A stretch of DNA of 61,489 bases, from positions 1 to 61,489 of IMG/VR virus record IMGVR_UViG_3300025070_000030. One strand, given 5' to 3'. A program made the position numbers and the translations under genes. Source of the stretch: a virus (taxonomy: Duplodnaviria; Caudoviricetes). This document shows positions 45,018 to 54,892 of this stretch, one piece after another; position 1 is the stretch's first letter; every line of letters starts with the position of its first letter. The notes beneath the pieces were generated by a model. That model was not told where the DNA came from and ran no database searches. It was given only the letters and a program-made list of their open reading frames with translations.

Positions 45018-48000
45018 TTATATCTCCTCCACAGGATTTAATTCTTCGATTCTTTTTCTCTGTACTTCTTCTAGTCTTCTGTCGTCTTTTGTGACGATTT
45101 CGTCTTGTGACAGTATATTCTCTTCTCCTAGAATTTGTTCCAGTGTAGGAACTTCTCCACCGTTACGAATAATGTCACTCGCTACATAGTTTTGAATTCT
45201 CAAGTTAAACAGTTTTAAATCTTTGCGTGTGATTTCTTTTGGTCTGTTTAACATTTTTGACATGATTCTTGCAGCAACCCTATCGTTCAGTGCAAAAGAA
45301 ATTAACGACTGATTACGTTGCATCATAGTACGCACACTAACTTCAGTTGCGACGTAGATAGGACTAACCATTCCTCGTGCCAAGTTAAACACACGAGAGA
45401 ACACACTCTCCACAGACATGCCTTGCAGTTCAGGATTGGCCCTGAATCCCATGCCATTACCTATAGCAAAGTCAGCCCACTCTGATATGTTTTTCATTAT
45501 CTCAAAGTGTTCATCCCCCAAGACAGATCGCATTACCTTTGCGTGTCGTGGGGTGTTTACGTAGTCAATGAGTACGGATGAGTCTGCAATAACCTGTGCG
45601 GGTTCGTTTGCTACTATTTCTGTTTTCTTGCCTGATTTTATTTCAAGCCCACGAATATACATGTAAGCCATAGCAGAACGAACTTCTTTTTCGTTCATGC
45701 CCTGCGCTACAAAGCGTTGCACATGCCTATTAATACTATCCTCATTTGCGTTTTCAAACACAGTGTCAAAGAACTGTTTGGGGTTGTTAATTAGATTGTC
45801 ATATCCCCCCATTATCTTTAAAGTGTTGGCGGTAGCATCTACCTCTTGCTGTGCTGCAGTGCGTATTGCACTTTTGTTGTTGTTTAACGCTTCTTGTGTT
45901 TCTGTGTATGTTTTCCGTGTTACAGAATCGTGCTTTAGTAACTCGTCTAATTCTACAGAGAAATCTCGTATTTCAGGTAAAGCAAGATTACGAACTTCTA
46001 ACGGCCCTTCTGCACCATTTCGTGTAACCACTGATAAAGCCTCTTGCACTTGCAGTATTCTAGCTGCACGATCAAAGTCGTAGTCTTGACCCTCTCTTAA
46101 TCTTTGTATAGCCTCTGATTTTGATATGGGTCCAGTCTTTGCCCCTATGCCTATGGGGGTAGTCGCGTCCAATGCGTTGTTTAGCATTGATTGTGCTGAA
46201 TCCGCTACTTCTTTACCAATTAAAGTTTGTAGTAAACTTTGCATTGTGTCTGCAACTGCCCTCTGTTTACCATCTGACAAATCAAAACCGTAGCCTTTAA
46301 CGGCACCATCGTTCATGTACCCTGCGCCATACCAGTACATGATCCTATCTTTTTCGTCCATGATTTCTTTTAAAATCAAACCTCTTGCGGGGCCATCTGT
46401 TTCTTCTACAGCCTTTCGGGCAAGCACCGCTATATTTTTAAACGGTGCAATCGGTTTGTCAGCGGGTATACGGTAAAAATGACGACCTTCAGTTGGGTCA
46501 GCCGACTTGACATCTTTACGTGTTCTTCCGTTGAATACTTGACCAGCGTATCTACCCTTGTCTGAAGTTTCACCTATCAGTGTTTCATGGGTTTCTCTAG
46601 CTAGTTTTGCTAACCTAAGAAGTTCTCCAGAACTATCAGAAGCAGCGTATGCCTCATCAACTGCTTCTTTAAAAGTGTCATCTAATTCAGCTATGGTTTG
46701 ATTTTTAGCGGTTGCCTGATGATCCCTAAATGCACGATAGATATTCTCTGACTCTTCTACACTGGCTTTGAAGTAGTTGATTGAATCTGCTTGACCTTCT
46801 GCTGCTTCATCCATAAGATACAGGGCTAGGTCAGTATGATTCTTTATCTTGGGGTTATTCATCACAGCAAGATCAAATAGGTAAGGCAGGTCGTCTCCAT
46901 ACTCTTCTCGCAGCCCTCTCATTGCTGCAGATTCAAATGAAGCTTTTGCACGGGCACCGTTACCGGTGTTAAAAAACGATCCTGCTTGTCCAAGAAAAAA
47001 TGTAAACGGCTGGTCTTTAAATTCGTCAGTCTTGTTCATAAGGGTTTTAGCCATCACAGACAAGTCCACAGATATGCCCCTTTCGCCAGCATACGTGGTT
47101 ACATCCCCATATGCCTGACTGACCTTTGATCTGCGAACTCCCTCAGTTATATCAAATATCTTATCGGCAAGTACGTTTGCTTGTTTAAGAACTTCAGAAC
47201 CATCCAAAGTATTTCTGAATCTTTGTAGAGCAGCAGCCTGTAGTCTGCCGTTCTCTAAAATTTTAACTGCAACTTCTGCAGTAACTCTAGCTTGTTCAAC
47301 AGGATCACGTATGTCCTTTTCTGTAAGTTCCATCTTAAAAGAGACAATTCGTTTAAGTGTGTTTTCGTCTACCTCCCCTAGTTCATTCATGTACATATCA
47401 ACAAGACCGTCAGCCTGTTGTTTTTTAAGATTCAACTTCTCAAGACCATTAGTGGCTACGTTTTGTAGTTCAACCAACATGTTTTGCAGCATGTCATTTG
47501 AGTCCATGTCAATGCCAGCCTTTGTAACAAGGCTTTGTTGTAAGGTTTTAAGCAACGTGTCCAAACCCTTGTAGTTTTCTTCTTCCGCTGCTAACGATGC
47601 CATTAACTCGTCAAACTTACCAGCATTCCTTAAATCATCTGGTGCCAACCTTCTGCCATTCCTTGCTTGAATAGCAATGAGAGGGGCTATACCCGTAGCG
47701 TGGGCTAAAGACAGGTGCAGCGTGTTCATGTTTTTAGAAATCTCTGCATCAGAAAGGATAGGAGTTCCATCTTGTGATTTTAGATTTCTCATTGTGGTTT
47801 CGGCGTTTTCCATCACTTTGTTGTAACGCTGAATGGACTGAGTAAAACGAAGCTGATACTCCGGTTTCATTTGCTTGTACACGTTTGATAGTGTTTTAAA
47901 TGCTTCTACGTTTCTATCTGTTACGGCAATATCTGCCTCACTCATAATTTTACGCAGTTCTGCCTCGTCCCCTCTTGCAATAATTCCCGGAGTTACGTAA

Positions 48001-49883
48001 GGTATAAATGCAGCGTGTTGTAAAGTTTCAGCTATGTCTTGTGTTACTCCCGATGTAATTCTTTTAGCAATATTAGCACTTCCAAACAAAGCACCCCTAA
48101 CAACGGGTGGTGCGATCAGAGGGGAGACAAACATGGTCAAAGTTTCTGCAGTCTGTTGTTCCATACCAATTTTATCCCAGCTTAAAACTTGGGGAACATA
48201 ACCTACTGCAGTAGCTATAAGAACGTCGTCAGTTACCATGCTGCGTACGTATGGATTGTTAAACGCTGCAAGGCGTCCTCTTGATCCTCCCGCTCTTAGC
48301 TTGTACGCTGTGTAGCTTCCTTGCGTTGCTTTAAGTCCGTCTTTATCCTTTTTGATCTGATCCCTTGCAGCACGTTGTGCATCCAGAGAAGACGTTCCCG
48401 ACTTAATTATGGCTTCGTTTTTCTGTATTGATGACTTGTAAGCAGCAATCTGATCATCAAAATTTTCTAGGTTACTTAGGTGTTGATTCATCTGGGTGCC
48501 ACGATCCATAGCCCCTTTTCCCTTAAAACCAAATACCCCCAACGTACCTACTCCCAGAATAAACTGCGTAAATCTATTACGGGCTATGTTAATGCCTGTT
48601 GCAGCCTTATCCTTACTTATACTTGTCCAAACATCCCAGTCAGACATTTCAACGTACCTAGATGGGTCTGCATCTCGTGCGTTGTTAACTTCTCTAGCCA
48701 TTACGTTTCCACGACGCACTGCCCTAGCTGTAAGACCTAAAGTAAGCGGCACTTGACTACTTGCAAAAACAAGGGCTTTTTCGTTAGCCGCCAATTCGTT
48801 GTACGCCATGTCCATAAGATCAGACACTAATTCAAGAGAAAGTCCTCTGTCCCTCCTGACAGCAGTGCCGTCTTCGTTAAACTCTTGTACAACGTAAGCG
48901 TTACCAACACCATTTTCTTGTTCCGCTATAGCCTCATCGTAGTCATCGTCATTGGGGTTGACAAGTCTAAATACATCTTCCCTGTGCGCTTCGTCCCACA
49001 GGTCTTCACCGTGTTCTTGTATGAACTTGGCTTTGTACCACTTGTTGAAAGTTTGTCCTGCAGATTCAAGCAGTGCGGTCTTGTTTAGAGTTCCCTCGTA
49101 CCCTTTAATAAAGTCAGCCCAACTCGCCATACCCTCGCCAAAAGTCTTTTTAAACCTTTCACCGTATGTAGTGTCCATGCCGCCTTCTGAATCAAGGAAC
49201 TCCGCAGCTTCAACGCCAGCGTACGCAGCGTTAGTAACCATCGCTAAAAACGTAGGCATACGGGCTATGTCTCCGGGTATATTTCGGAATGCTTTACCGG
49301 CTTCGTCTATTAGTTCTCCAGTTTTAAAACTATCCAGTAGTATTTGTTTGCCAAGATAGTTTACTTCTTCAGGGGTGCCCTTGAGAGGCGTGAACAATTT
49401 AGCTACATTTTGTCTGTTTTTAATAGCAGCAAGAACAGGCTCTACCAGTTCTTCGGGTAAGTCTTGTAGTTCTTGAGGCAGAACAATCTTTTCGTATTGA
49501 GGCCCAGAAAACGGAACAGCCGACGCAAAGGGGTCTACCGTCTGGCGTTGTTGCATCTTCTTGTATTGATCAAATAGTTCCGCTTCATCTAATTTACCCC
49601 TGATGCTATTTATGTAGTCGGGCGTAATAAACGTATCACCTATCTTCGGTCCAACACCTGTCTGTTGTAATTCTTGTGCAGTTGTACTGGACATTATCTG
49701 CTGAAATTTTGCCTTTACCTCTTCGTCGGACGGTCCCAGTCTTTCCCCGTACTGTCTTTGAAGGTCTTCTTGGGCAAGTTTAGCAACGTCGATTGTCCGT
49801 CCACCGTAGTCAATAGTCTGGTCAAAACCAAACATAGGCTTGGGAGAATCAACTTCATTTGTAACAGTTTCAGTGGGCTGCAT
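45018..49883 (-). CDS. Very large internal virion (ejection) protein
   Basis: 1621 aa, helical; last of a size-graded gene series as in podoviruses. Confidence 0.7.
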   Translation of the reverse strand: MQPTETVTNEVDSPKPMFGFDQTIDYGGRTIDVAKLAQEDLQRQYGERLGPSDEEVKAKFQQIMSSTTAQELQQTGVGPKIGDTFITPDYINSIRGKLDEAELFDQYKKMQQRQTVDPFASAVPFSGPQYEKIVLPQELQDLPEELVEPVLAAIKNRQNVAKLFTPLKGTPEEVNYLGKQILLDSFKTGELIDEAGKAFRNIPGDIARMPTFLAMVTNAAYAGVEAAEFLDSEGGMDTTYGERFKKTFGEGMASWADFIKGYEGTLNKTALLESAGQTFNKWYKAKFIQEHGEDLWDEAHREDVFRLVNPNDDDYDEAIAEQENGVGNAYVVQEFNEDGTAVRRDRGLSLELVSDLMDMAYNELAANEKALVFASSQVPLTLGLTARAVRRGNVMAREVNNARDADPSRYVEMSDWDVWTSISKDKAATGINIARNRFTQFILGVGTLGVFGFKGKGAMDRGTQMNQHLSNLENFDDQIAAYKSSIQKNEAIIKSGTSSLDAQRAARDQIKKDKDGLKATQGSYTAYKLRAGGSRGRLAAFNNPYVRSMVTDDVLIATAVGYVPQVLSWDKIGMEQQTAETLTMFVSPLIAPPVVRGALFGSANIAKRITSGVTQDIAETLQHAAFIPYVTPGIIARGDEAELRKIMSEADIAVTDRNVEAFKTLSNVYKQMKPEYQLRFTQSIQRYNKVMENAETTMRNLKSQDGTPILSDAEISKNMNTLHLSLAHATGIAPLIAIQARNGRRLAPDDLRNAGKFDELMASLAAEEENYKGLDTLLKTLQQSLVTKAGIDMDSNDMLQNMLVELQNVATNGLEKLNLKKQQADGLVDMYMNELGEVDENTLKRIVSFKMELTEKDIRDPVEQARVTAEVAVKILENGRLQAAALQRFRNTLDGSEVLKQANVLADKIFDITEGVRRSKVSQAYGDVTTYAGERGISVDLSVMAKTLMNKTDEFKDQPFTFFLGQAGSFFNTGNGARAKASFESAAMRGLREEYGDDLPYLFDLAVMNNPKIKNHTDLALYLMDEAAEGQADSINYFKASVEESENIYRAFRDHQATAKNQTIAELDDTFKEAVDEAYAASDSSGELLRLAKLARETHETLIGETSDKGRYAGQVFNGRTRKDVKSADPTEGRHFYRIPADKPIAPFKNIAVLARKAVEETDGPARGLILKEIMDEKDRIMYWYGAGYMNDGAVKGYGFDLSDGKQRAVADTMQSLLQTLIGKEVADSAQSMLNNALDATTPIGIGAKTGPISKSEAIQRLREGQDYDFDRAARILQVQEALSVVTRNGAEGPLEVRNLALPEIRDFSVELDELLKHDSVTRKTYTETQEALNNNKSAIRTAAQQEVDATANTLKIMGGYDNLINNPKQFFDTVFENANEDSINRHVQRFVAQGMNEKEVRSAMAYMYIRGLEIKSGKKTEIVANEPAQVIADSSVLIDYVNTPRHAKVMRSVLGDEHFEIMKNISEWADFAIGNGMGFRANPELQGMSVESVFSRVFNLARGMVSPIYVATEVSVRTMMQRNQSLISFALNDRVAARIMSKMLNRPKEITRKDLKLFNLRIQNYVASDIIRNGGEVPTLEQILGEENILSQDEIVTKDDRRLEEVQRKRIEELNPVEEI

Positions 49884-49896
49884 TACCAGTAATTCC

Positions 49897-52320
49897 TTAC
49901 TTAATCTCGCGGTAGAAGGTTCGTTGTTGTCCGTTTACTTCTTTTACAACTTTACTAAATAGGCGGGGAGTTCCGTCGCCTTTCGAAAGATTATAGAACG
50001 CAGTGTAACCTCCCGACGTAAATGGTTTGTATCGTGCAAATTTTGTGGCGGGTATCAAATCATCGTCAGGCTGTGCAACAGCAGTGGCAGCGGCAGCAGG
50101 GCTAGCGAAACTACCGCTTGTATCTGCGGGCATTTCATTAGATTGTGTTGCTGATAAATTGCCTCGTTCATCAGGAAGCAACGCACCTGCAGCATCCGTG
50201 GTGGCTGCGGCTGATTGCGAAGACGGCGGCATATTGACTGCCCCCGCGCTTCCTGACATTTGTTGTCCGGAAACTTCATCAGGCTGTGCTTCTGGAATTA
50301 CTTCTGACATAGACTGATTGTAAGCCTCCATAAAATCTTCTGGAGTTACAACAGTTGGGTTGTTATCTTCTCCGATCATGTAGTATACTCTGCTACCTGC
50401 CGGTCCCATCTGATAGTATTTCACACCATTCACTGTAATTGTAGGGGTTTCATTCACAAAATCGTCTGCAGTCATAGCTTGTCCAGATTCTTGTGTTTGA
50501 ACTTCCATACCCGCTATAGACTGCATGTACATATTTCTAGCCTTGCGGGCTTGTTTGTCTGCAGCTAAAAATCTACGATCTTCACGGTTAATTACTCCAG
50601 TAGCCATTCCGTTTGTTGTAATTCTATCAATTACTGCAAGACTTCTATCTTGGTTATCAATAGTTCGTATCACTTCCTCAATCGCTCTAAGCTGGCCTTC
50701 TCTTGTGGTGGCACCAAATCCTCTAATCTTGTTTAAGTTACGCTGGATGTCAGCATCAGACAAACGACCCTGATCGTCTTCTGCACGGGCTAGGTCGGCA
50801 GCGATAATGTAGGCTAGTGCATCAGTAGCAGATATTAATGTTCCCGGAGTCCAGTCTGCGTTGCGCTTCTTTTGATCCGCTTCAATAAAAGCATCCATAC
50901 CATTGCCTTCGTACTCATCATCTGTAAATCCAATCAAGTTGGAAATTTGATCTATCTTACCTGTTTCTCCAAATATGGAATCTACAATACGAACAATCTG
51001 CTCTAAAACAGAGTCTTTTGTAACGGGCAATTCTTCTACCAGTGCTTTGTAGCGGGCAAGTTTTGTTTTTGCACCAGTTACACCAGACAGCTTTGTTTGG
51101 AATTTGGCGTAAGTTATACCAATAAGATTTTCAAATTGCTTTTTAAAGTCTTCGCCTTTTCCTATGGTCACTTCTGGATTGATTCCTGCATCAATCATAT
51201 CTCGTTCAGAACCACTCATGGCTAGTGGTTGAAATGCCATGAACACATTTGCTTGGGAATACACGTCATCTTTGAGTGCAGGACTAGTAGCTATGTATCG
51301 TCCTTGAGCGAGTATATCTTCTCCAGTTCTTGCGTTTCCTTTTGCTGCCCCTAGTTCTGCCAAGTCAGCTACAACATTCAGACTTGTTGTAAAGTCTTCA
51401 ACAGTGTTATACTTTTGAGAGAAGTTAAATATAAACTGACCAGTATCCATGCCCTGAAGTGCAGCGGCTTCACCTACTTTGCCCCAACGAACTTCGTCCA
51501 TGCCCTCAAGGTCTGTCCACAAAAAGGGAAGCATATCGTCCTTTGTATATCTAATAGCCTCTCCATCCGGGCGTGTAGCGTCAGCAAACAACGAACCAGA
51601 GAGAGGAATCAAAGCTTCGTTCTTTAGATTGTCTGAACCCCTGTCTTCCATTATTCCTTTAGTGGCATCCCACTGCTGCTGATACTGGGCAGTTTTGCTA
51701 ATGCTAAAGAAATTGTTAAAGTAATCGTTGTATCCGGGAAGTTCTTTTACGCTTACGTTGTAAGGCATGTCACCTTTAACATTTGATGAGGCGTAACGAA
51801 GCGCACCCTTGCCCAAGTTAACCATCTTATTACGTGCTTCCATAAACAAGCCCGGATTATCTCTAAAATGGTCGTTAAATTTTTGACCGTTATTAATCCT
51901 GTAGTTGTTTAAAGCTTCATACAACATAGATGATCCACGATTGGTACCTTCGTAGTCAGAATACTTTTCGGGAACAGGGATTTTCAAACCAAAGAAATCT
52001 GTTTGATACACGTCTTCTGCAGCGGCAGTTGAAAGGGTAGAAAGAACACCGGTAAAGTCTACGTTAACACGCTCTGCAGCTTGTCCAAAAATGTTAATGC
52101 GTTCACGATCATCCATCTTGCCCTGTGCGGCTTTTATCATGTCCCCTATTTTATCAGCGTTAGCCTTGTTAAAGTTTTTGTTTCCCACAGCGGCTTCAGC
52201 AATTATAGTGTTAAGTGCATCAAGCTTTTCTTGTTCGCCCAGACGCATTGCCTTTTCTTCTTGTATGTTTCGTGTGAAACCCTGCACTAGACCAGTGGCA
52301 AGTGAAATACCAATACCCAT
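49897..52320 (-). CDS. Internal virion (ejection) protein
   Basis: 807 aa; GRLSDADI motif; synteny. Confidence 0.65.
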   Translation of the reverse strand: MGIGISLATGLVQGFTRNIQEEKAMRLGEQEKLDALNTIIAEAAVGNKNFNKANADKIGDMIKAAQGKMDDRERINIFGQAAERVNVDFTGVLSTLSTAAAEDVYQTDFFGLKIPVPEKYSDYEGTNRGSSMLYEALNNYRINNGQKFNDHFRDNPGLFMEARNKMVNLGKGALRYASSNVKGDMPYNVSVKELPGYNDYFNNFFSISKTAQYQQQWDATKGIMEDRGSDNLKNEALIPLSGSLFADATRPDGEAIRYTKDDMLPFLWTDLEGMDEVRWGKVGEAAALQGMDTGQFIFNFSQKYNTVEDFTTSLNVVADLAELGAAKGNARTGEDILAQGRYIATSPALKDDVYSQANVFMAFQPLAMSGSERDMIDAGINPEVTIGKGEDFKKQFENLIGITYAKFQTKLSGVTGAKTKLARYKALVEELPVTKDSVLEQIVRIVDSIFGETGKIDQISNLIGFTDDEYEGNGMDAFIEADQKKRNADWTPGTLISATDALAYIIAADLARAEDDQGRLSDADIQRNLNKIRGFGATTREGQLRAIEEVIRTIDNQDRSLAVIDRITTNGMATGVINREDRRFLAADKQARKARNMYMQSIAGMEVQTQESGQAMTADDFVNETPTITVNGVKYYQMGPAGSRVYYMIGEDNNPTVVTPEDFMEAYNQSMSEVIPEAQPDEVSGQQMSGSAGAVNMPPSSQSAAATTDAAGALLPDERGNLSATQSNEMPADTSGSFASPAAAATAVAQPDDDLIPATKFARYKPFTSGGYTAFYNLSKGDGTPRLFSKVVKEVNGQQRTFYREIK

Positions 52321-52323
52321 CGT

Positions 52324-52878
52324 TTACTCCTCCATCTGGCCTTGCATGTTCATAAAGTTATCTTCTGTTGGGGGTGTAGGGGCGTTGCCCTGCCGGATAC
52401 CCTTGTTCAGTGCTTCTGCTACGTATGTAAACATGGCGGGATTGTTTTCAGCCATCATGTTAAAGAACGTCTGATCATCCATCTCGTCTTCGGTCAGTGC
52501 GTCTTCGTTTTCAAACATACGGTACGGCACGTCGTTTTCTTCAGCCATGTTAGCTATGTACATGGCAAGTGGTCCCTTGATAAGCAAACCCACGTCGGGC
52601 ATAAACTGTCCGTCCTGAAAGGCTTGGAAAATGTACCCCTCCACAAGAGCCTCAACAGATGCGCCAACCATCAACAGCTTCAGCATTTCTTCACGAGTCT
52701 GTTTGATTTCAAGGGAGTCGATTGCAGAACGTAGTGCAGCTTCAGGATTAACCTCACGAGGAGGTTGACCCCACGGCCACCGTTCGTTGTCGCTTATCAA
52801 ACCGTATCCCGGAGGAGCGGTTGCAAACGGGTCTTTTGCTTCAATGCTTCCCGGTGCGGGCATCATCTCTTCAGCCAT
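52324..52878 (-). CDS. Hypothetical virion-module protein
   Basis: PPG..L......WPW.QPP pattern; RBS. Confidence 0.65.
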   Translation of the reverse strand: MAEEMMPAPGSIEAKDPFATAPPGYGLISDNERWPWGQPPREVNPEAALRSAIDSLEIKQTREEMLKLLMVGASVEALVEGYIFQAFQDGQFMPDVGLLIKGPLAMYIANMAEENDVPYRMFENEDALTEDEMDDQTFFNMMAENNPAMFTYVAEALNKGIRQGNAPTPPTEDNFMNMQGQMEE

Positions 52879-52882
52879 GCTG

Positions 52883-53278
52883 TTACACCTCTGTCATTCT
52901 TGTTTTAGGTTGTCCGCCCTTTGCCGTAAAGTTTACGTTAGCGTACTTTGAAAACATGTCTATTACTTGCTGATTGCGGGCGTTTTGTACAAGGTTCATC
53001 ATTGCGCTGTCTAAGCGGGGATCACTCTGCATCAAGCGTTGTATTGGTTGCAGTTGGGGAGTGCTTGCCGTAGCTGCACGTGATCCAGATGCTAGTTGTG
53101 ATGCTGTTCTAGGTTGTATTGGTGCTGGTGATCTGCCAAATTTTTGATTACCTTTTTTGCCAGACTCCAAAAAGGACTGTGCAAGCTGGCTTGTAGTTGC
53201 GGGGTTGACGCTTCCACTTGACATGTATTGTATGCCCGCCATAGCTGCGATTGGAAGTAAAGATGAGAGTAATTTCAT
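52883..53278 (-). CDS. Hypothetical virion-module protein
   Basis: AGGA RBS; tight packing. Confidence 0.6.
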   Translation of the reverse strand: MKLLSSLLPIAAMAGIQYMSSGSVNPATTSQLAQSFLESGKKGNQKFGRSPAPIQPRTASQLASGSRAATASTPQLQPIQRLMQSDPRLDSAMMNLVQNARNQQVIDMFSKYANVNFTAKGGQPKTRMTEV

Positions 53279-53287
53279 TTGTTTTTC

Positions 53288-54682
53288 CTACTCGTTACTA
53301 CCGGTATTTTGATTTGTTCCGCTGCCAGCCATCCAAGCAGCCACCCAGTTGCCGATACCCAGCGCAAGGTCGTTCTTTTGCTGATCGTTGTACAACTCTT
53401 TGGTATTGGCAAACTCCATAGCCATAATGCCGACTTCGTGTTGCCGCTGCATGTACGATTCCGTCTTTTGAAAGTTCCACGCTGCGTTGTCACGGTATTT
53501 TTGCCACAGATTGTTTAGTGCGTTTTGGCTGGCGTTGAATTGATTTGCTACGTTGATACGGTTTGTTTCGTTTTGAATTGCCGTAGCTGCAGTGTTGACT
53601 TGCCGTCTCCACTGTACGTTTGATTGATCCACAGCAAACTGCATGTTAGCGTTGAACTTTTCGCGGTTGTCGCGCATGGCTGCGTTGAACTGCTGTTGTG
53701 CGTTTACTTCGCCCGCGTTAAACTGTGCTGTTGCTGCTTCACGATTTTTGTTAGCAGTCTCAACCTGTGATCCCAAATTTGCAAAGAACTCTTCTACCTG
53801 CAACTCGTTCTTGGCGTTAAACTGCTGACGGGCGTTGTCCTCTGCAGCGTCTTTGAACATGGCCTGTGTCAGTGCGTTGTACGACAGGGTGGCCCCTTGC
53901 TGACGAGCATCAAGATTCTTTGTTTCAGTGGCAAGAAGCATCTGGGCATTTGTTACCGCGCCCTGCAGTCGTGCAGACAGGTTTGCTTTGTCCATGCCAG
54001 CAACTACGGCGGCGTTAGCTAAAGCTGTTTGCTGTTGATTGTTGAGGTTTTGAAGTTGGATTGTTGCGTATTTGTTTGCATCTTGACTAGCAATTACGAT
54101 ACCAGACTCCATGACAGCCTGTGTCATTGCGGCTGCAGCCATTGACGATGCACCCAATCCTCGCGCTTGCATCACACCGGCTACTTTACGAACTGCAGGT
54201 GCAGCCCACGCTGGCATAGGCTTACCCTCTTCGATGCTACCTAGCAATTCACCCAGTTGATACTGAACTGTGGCTCGTTGGTCTAGTTCTTGTGTCGCGG
54301 CTGTAGCCTGTGATCCTGCAGATACGGTGCCCTCAACCTGTGAAATATCTATCTGTGGGCGACGAGCGTCTTCTATTTGTGCCGCTGTCATGTCGGTAAC
54401 GTCGGGGGCTATCTGCGTCGTAGTGGCAACTTGTCCCAGTGTAGGATCAGTAGGAACAGTAGGAACTGGAGCAGCTAATCCCGTAATATTTGCAGTAGAT
54501 GTACCAGCCAAAGGAGTTGCAGATGTAAGTGTGGTGTCTGCGCTGGGGACTAACAACTCACCTTCTTTTACAGTGGGAGTAACTGCAGTAAGCTTGGGAA
54601 CTCCTGTGTCTTCTCCCGCAGCCATTTCTCCTACTTGATTTAGCAGGTCTGCATCACTTGAAATTTTGGTAGCATCCGCCAT
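53288..54682 (-). CDS. Internal virion protein, Gln/Asn/Ala-rich coiled coil
   Basis: RGLGASSMA motif and QFNA repeats. Confidence 0.7.
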   Translation of the reverse strand: MADATKISSDADLLNQVGEMAAGEDTGVPKLTAVTPTVKEGELLVPSADTTLTSATPLAGTSTANITGLAAPVPTVPTDPTLGQVATTTQIAPDVTDMTAAQIEDARRPQIDISQVEGTVSAGSQATAATQELDQRATVQYQLGELLGSIEEGKPMPAWAAPAVRKVAGVMQARGLGASSMAAAAMTQAVMESGIVIASQDANKYATIQLQNLNNQQQTALANAAVVAGMDKANLSARLQGAVTNAQMLLATETKNLDARQQGATLSYNALTQAMFKDAAEDNARQQFNAKNELQVEEFFANLGSQVETANKNREAATAQFNAGEVNAQQQFNAAMRDNREKFNANMQFAVDQSNVQWRRQVNTAATAIQNETNRINVANQFNASQNALNNLWQKYRDNAAWNFQKTESYMQRQHEVGIMAMEFANTKELYNDQQKNDLALGIGNWVAAWMAGSGTNQNTGSNE

Positions 54683-54685
54683 TAT

Positions 54686-54892
54686 CTATCCTAACTTCAT
54701 TACAACTGTAATAATCATAGCCACTACACCTATCGTAGACGCCATAATCAACGCCTCAAGACGCCACATGCGCTTATCCAAGTTGTCTAGCTTGCCGTTT
54801 ACCAACTCACGAAACATGGCGCACTCTTTTTCATGTGCGTCTAGTTCCATCTGTACCTTGAGTGCTGGCTCTACTTGCTGGGTCATTTTCAT
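54686..54892 (-). CDS. Small coiled-coil/TM protein, XhlA-like
   Basis: AHEKECA...RLE then a TM helix. Confidence 0.65.
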   Translation of the reverse strand: MKMTQQVEPALKVQMELDAHEKECAMFRELVNGKLDNLDKRMWRLEALIMASTIGVVAMIITVVMKLG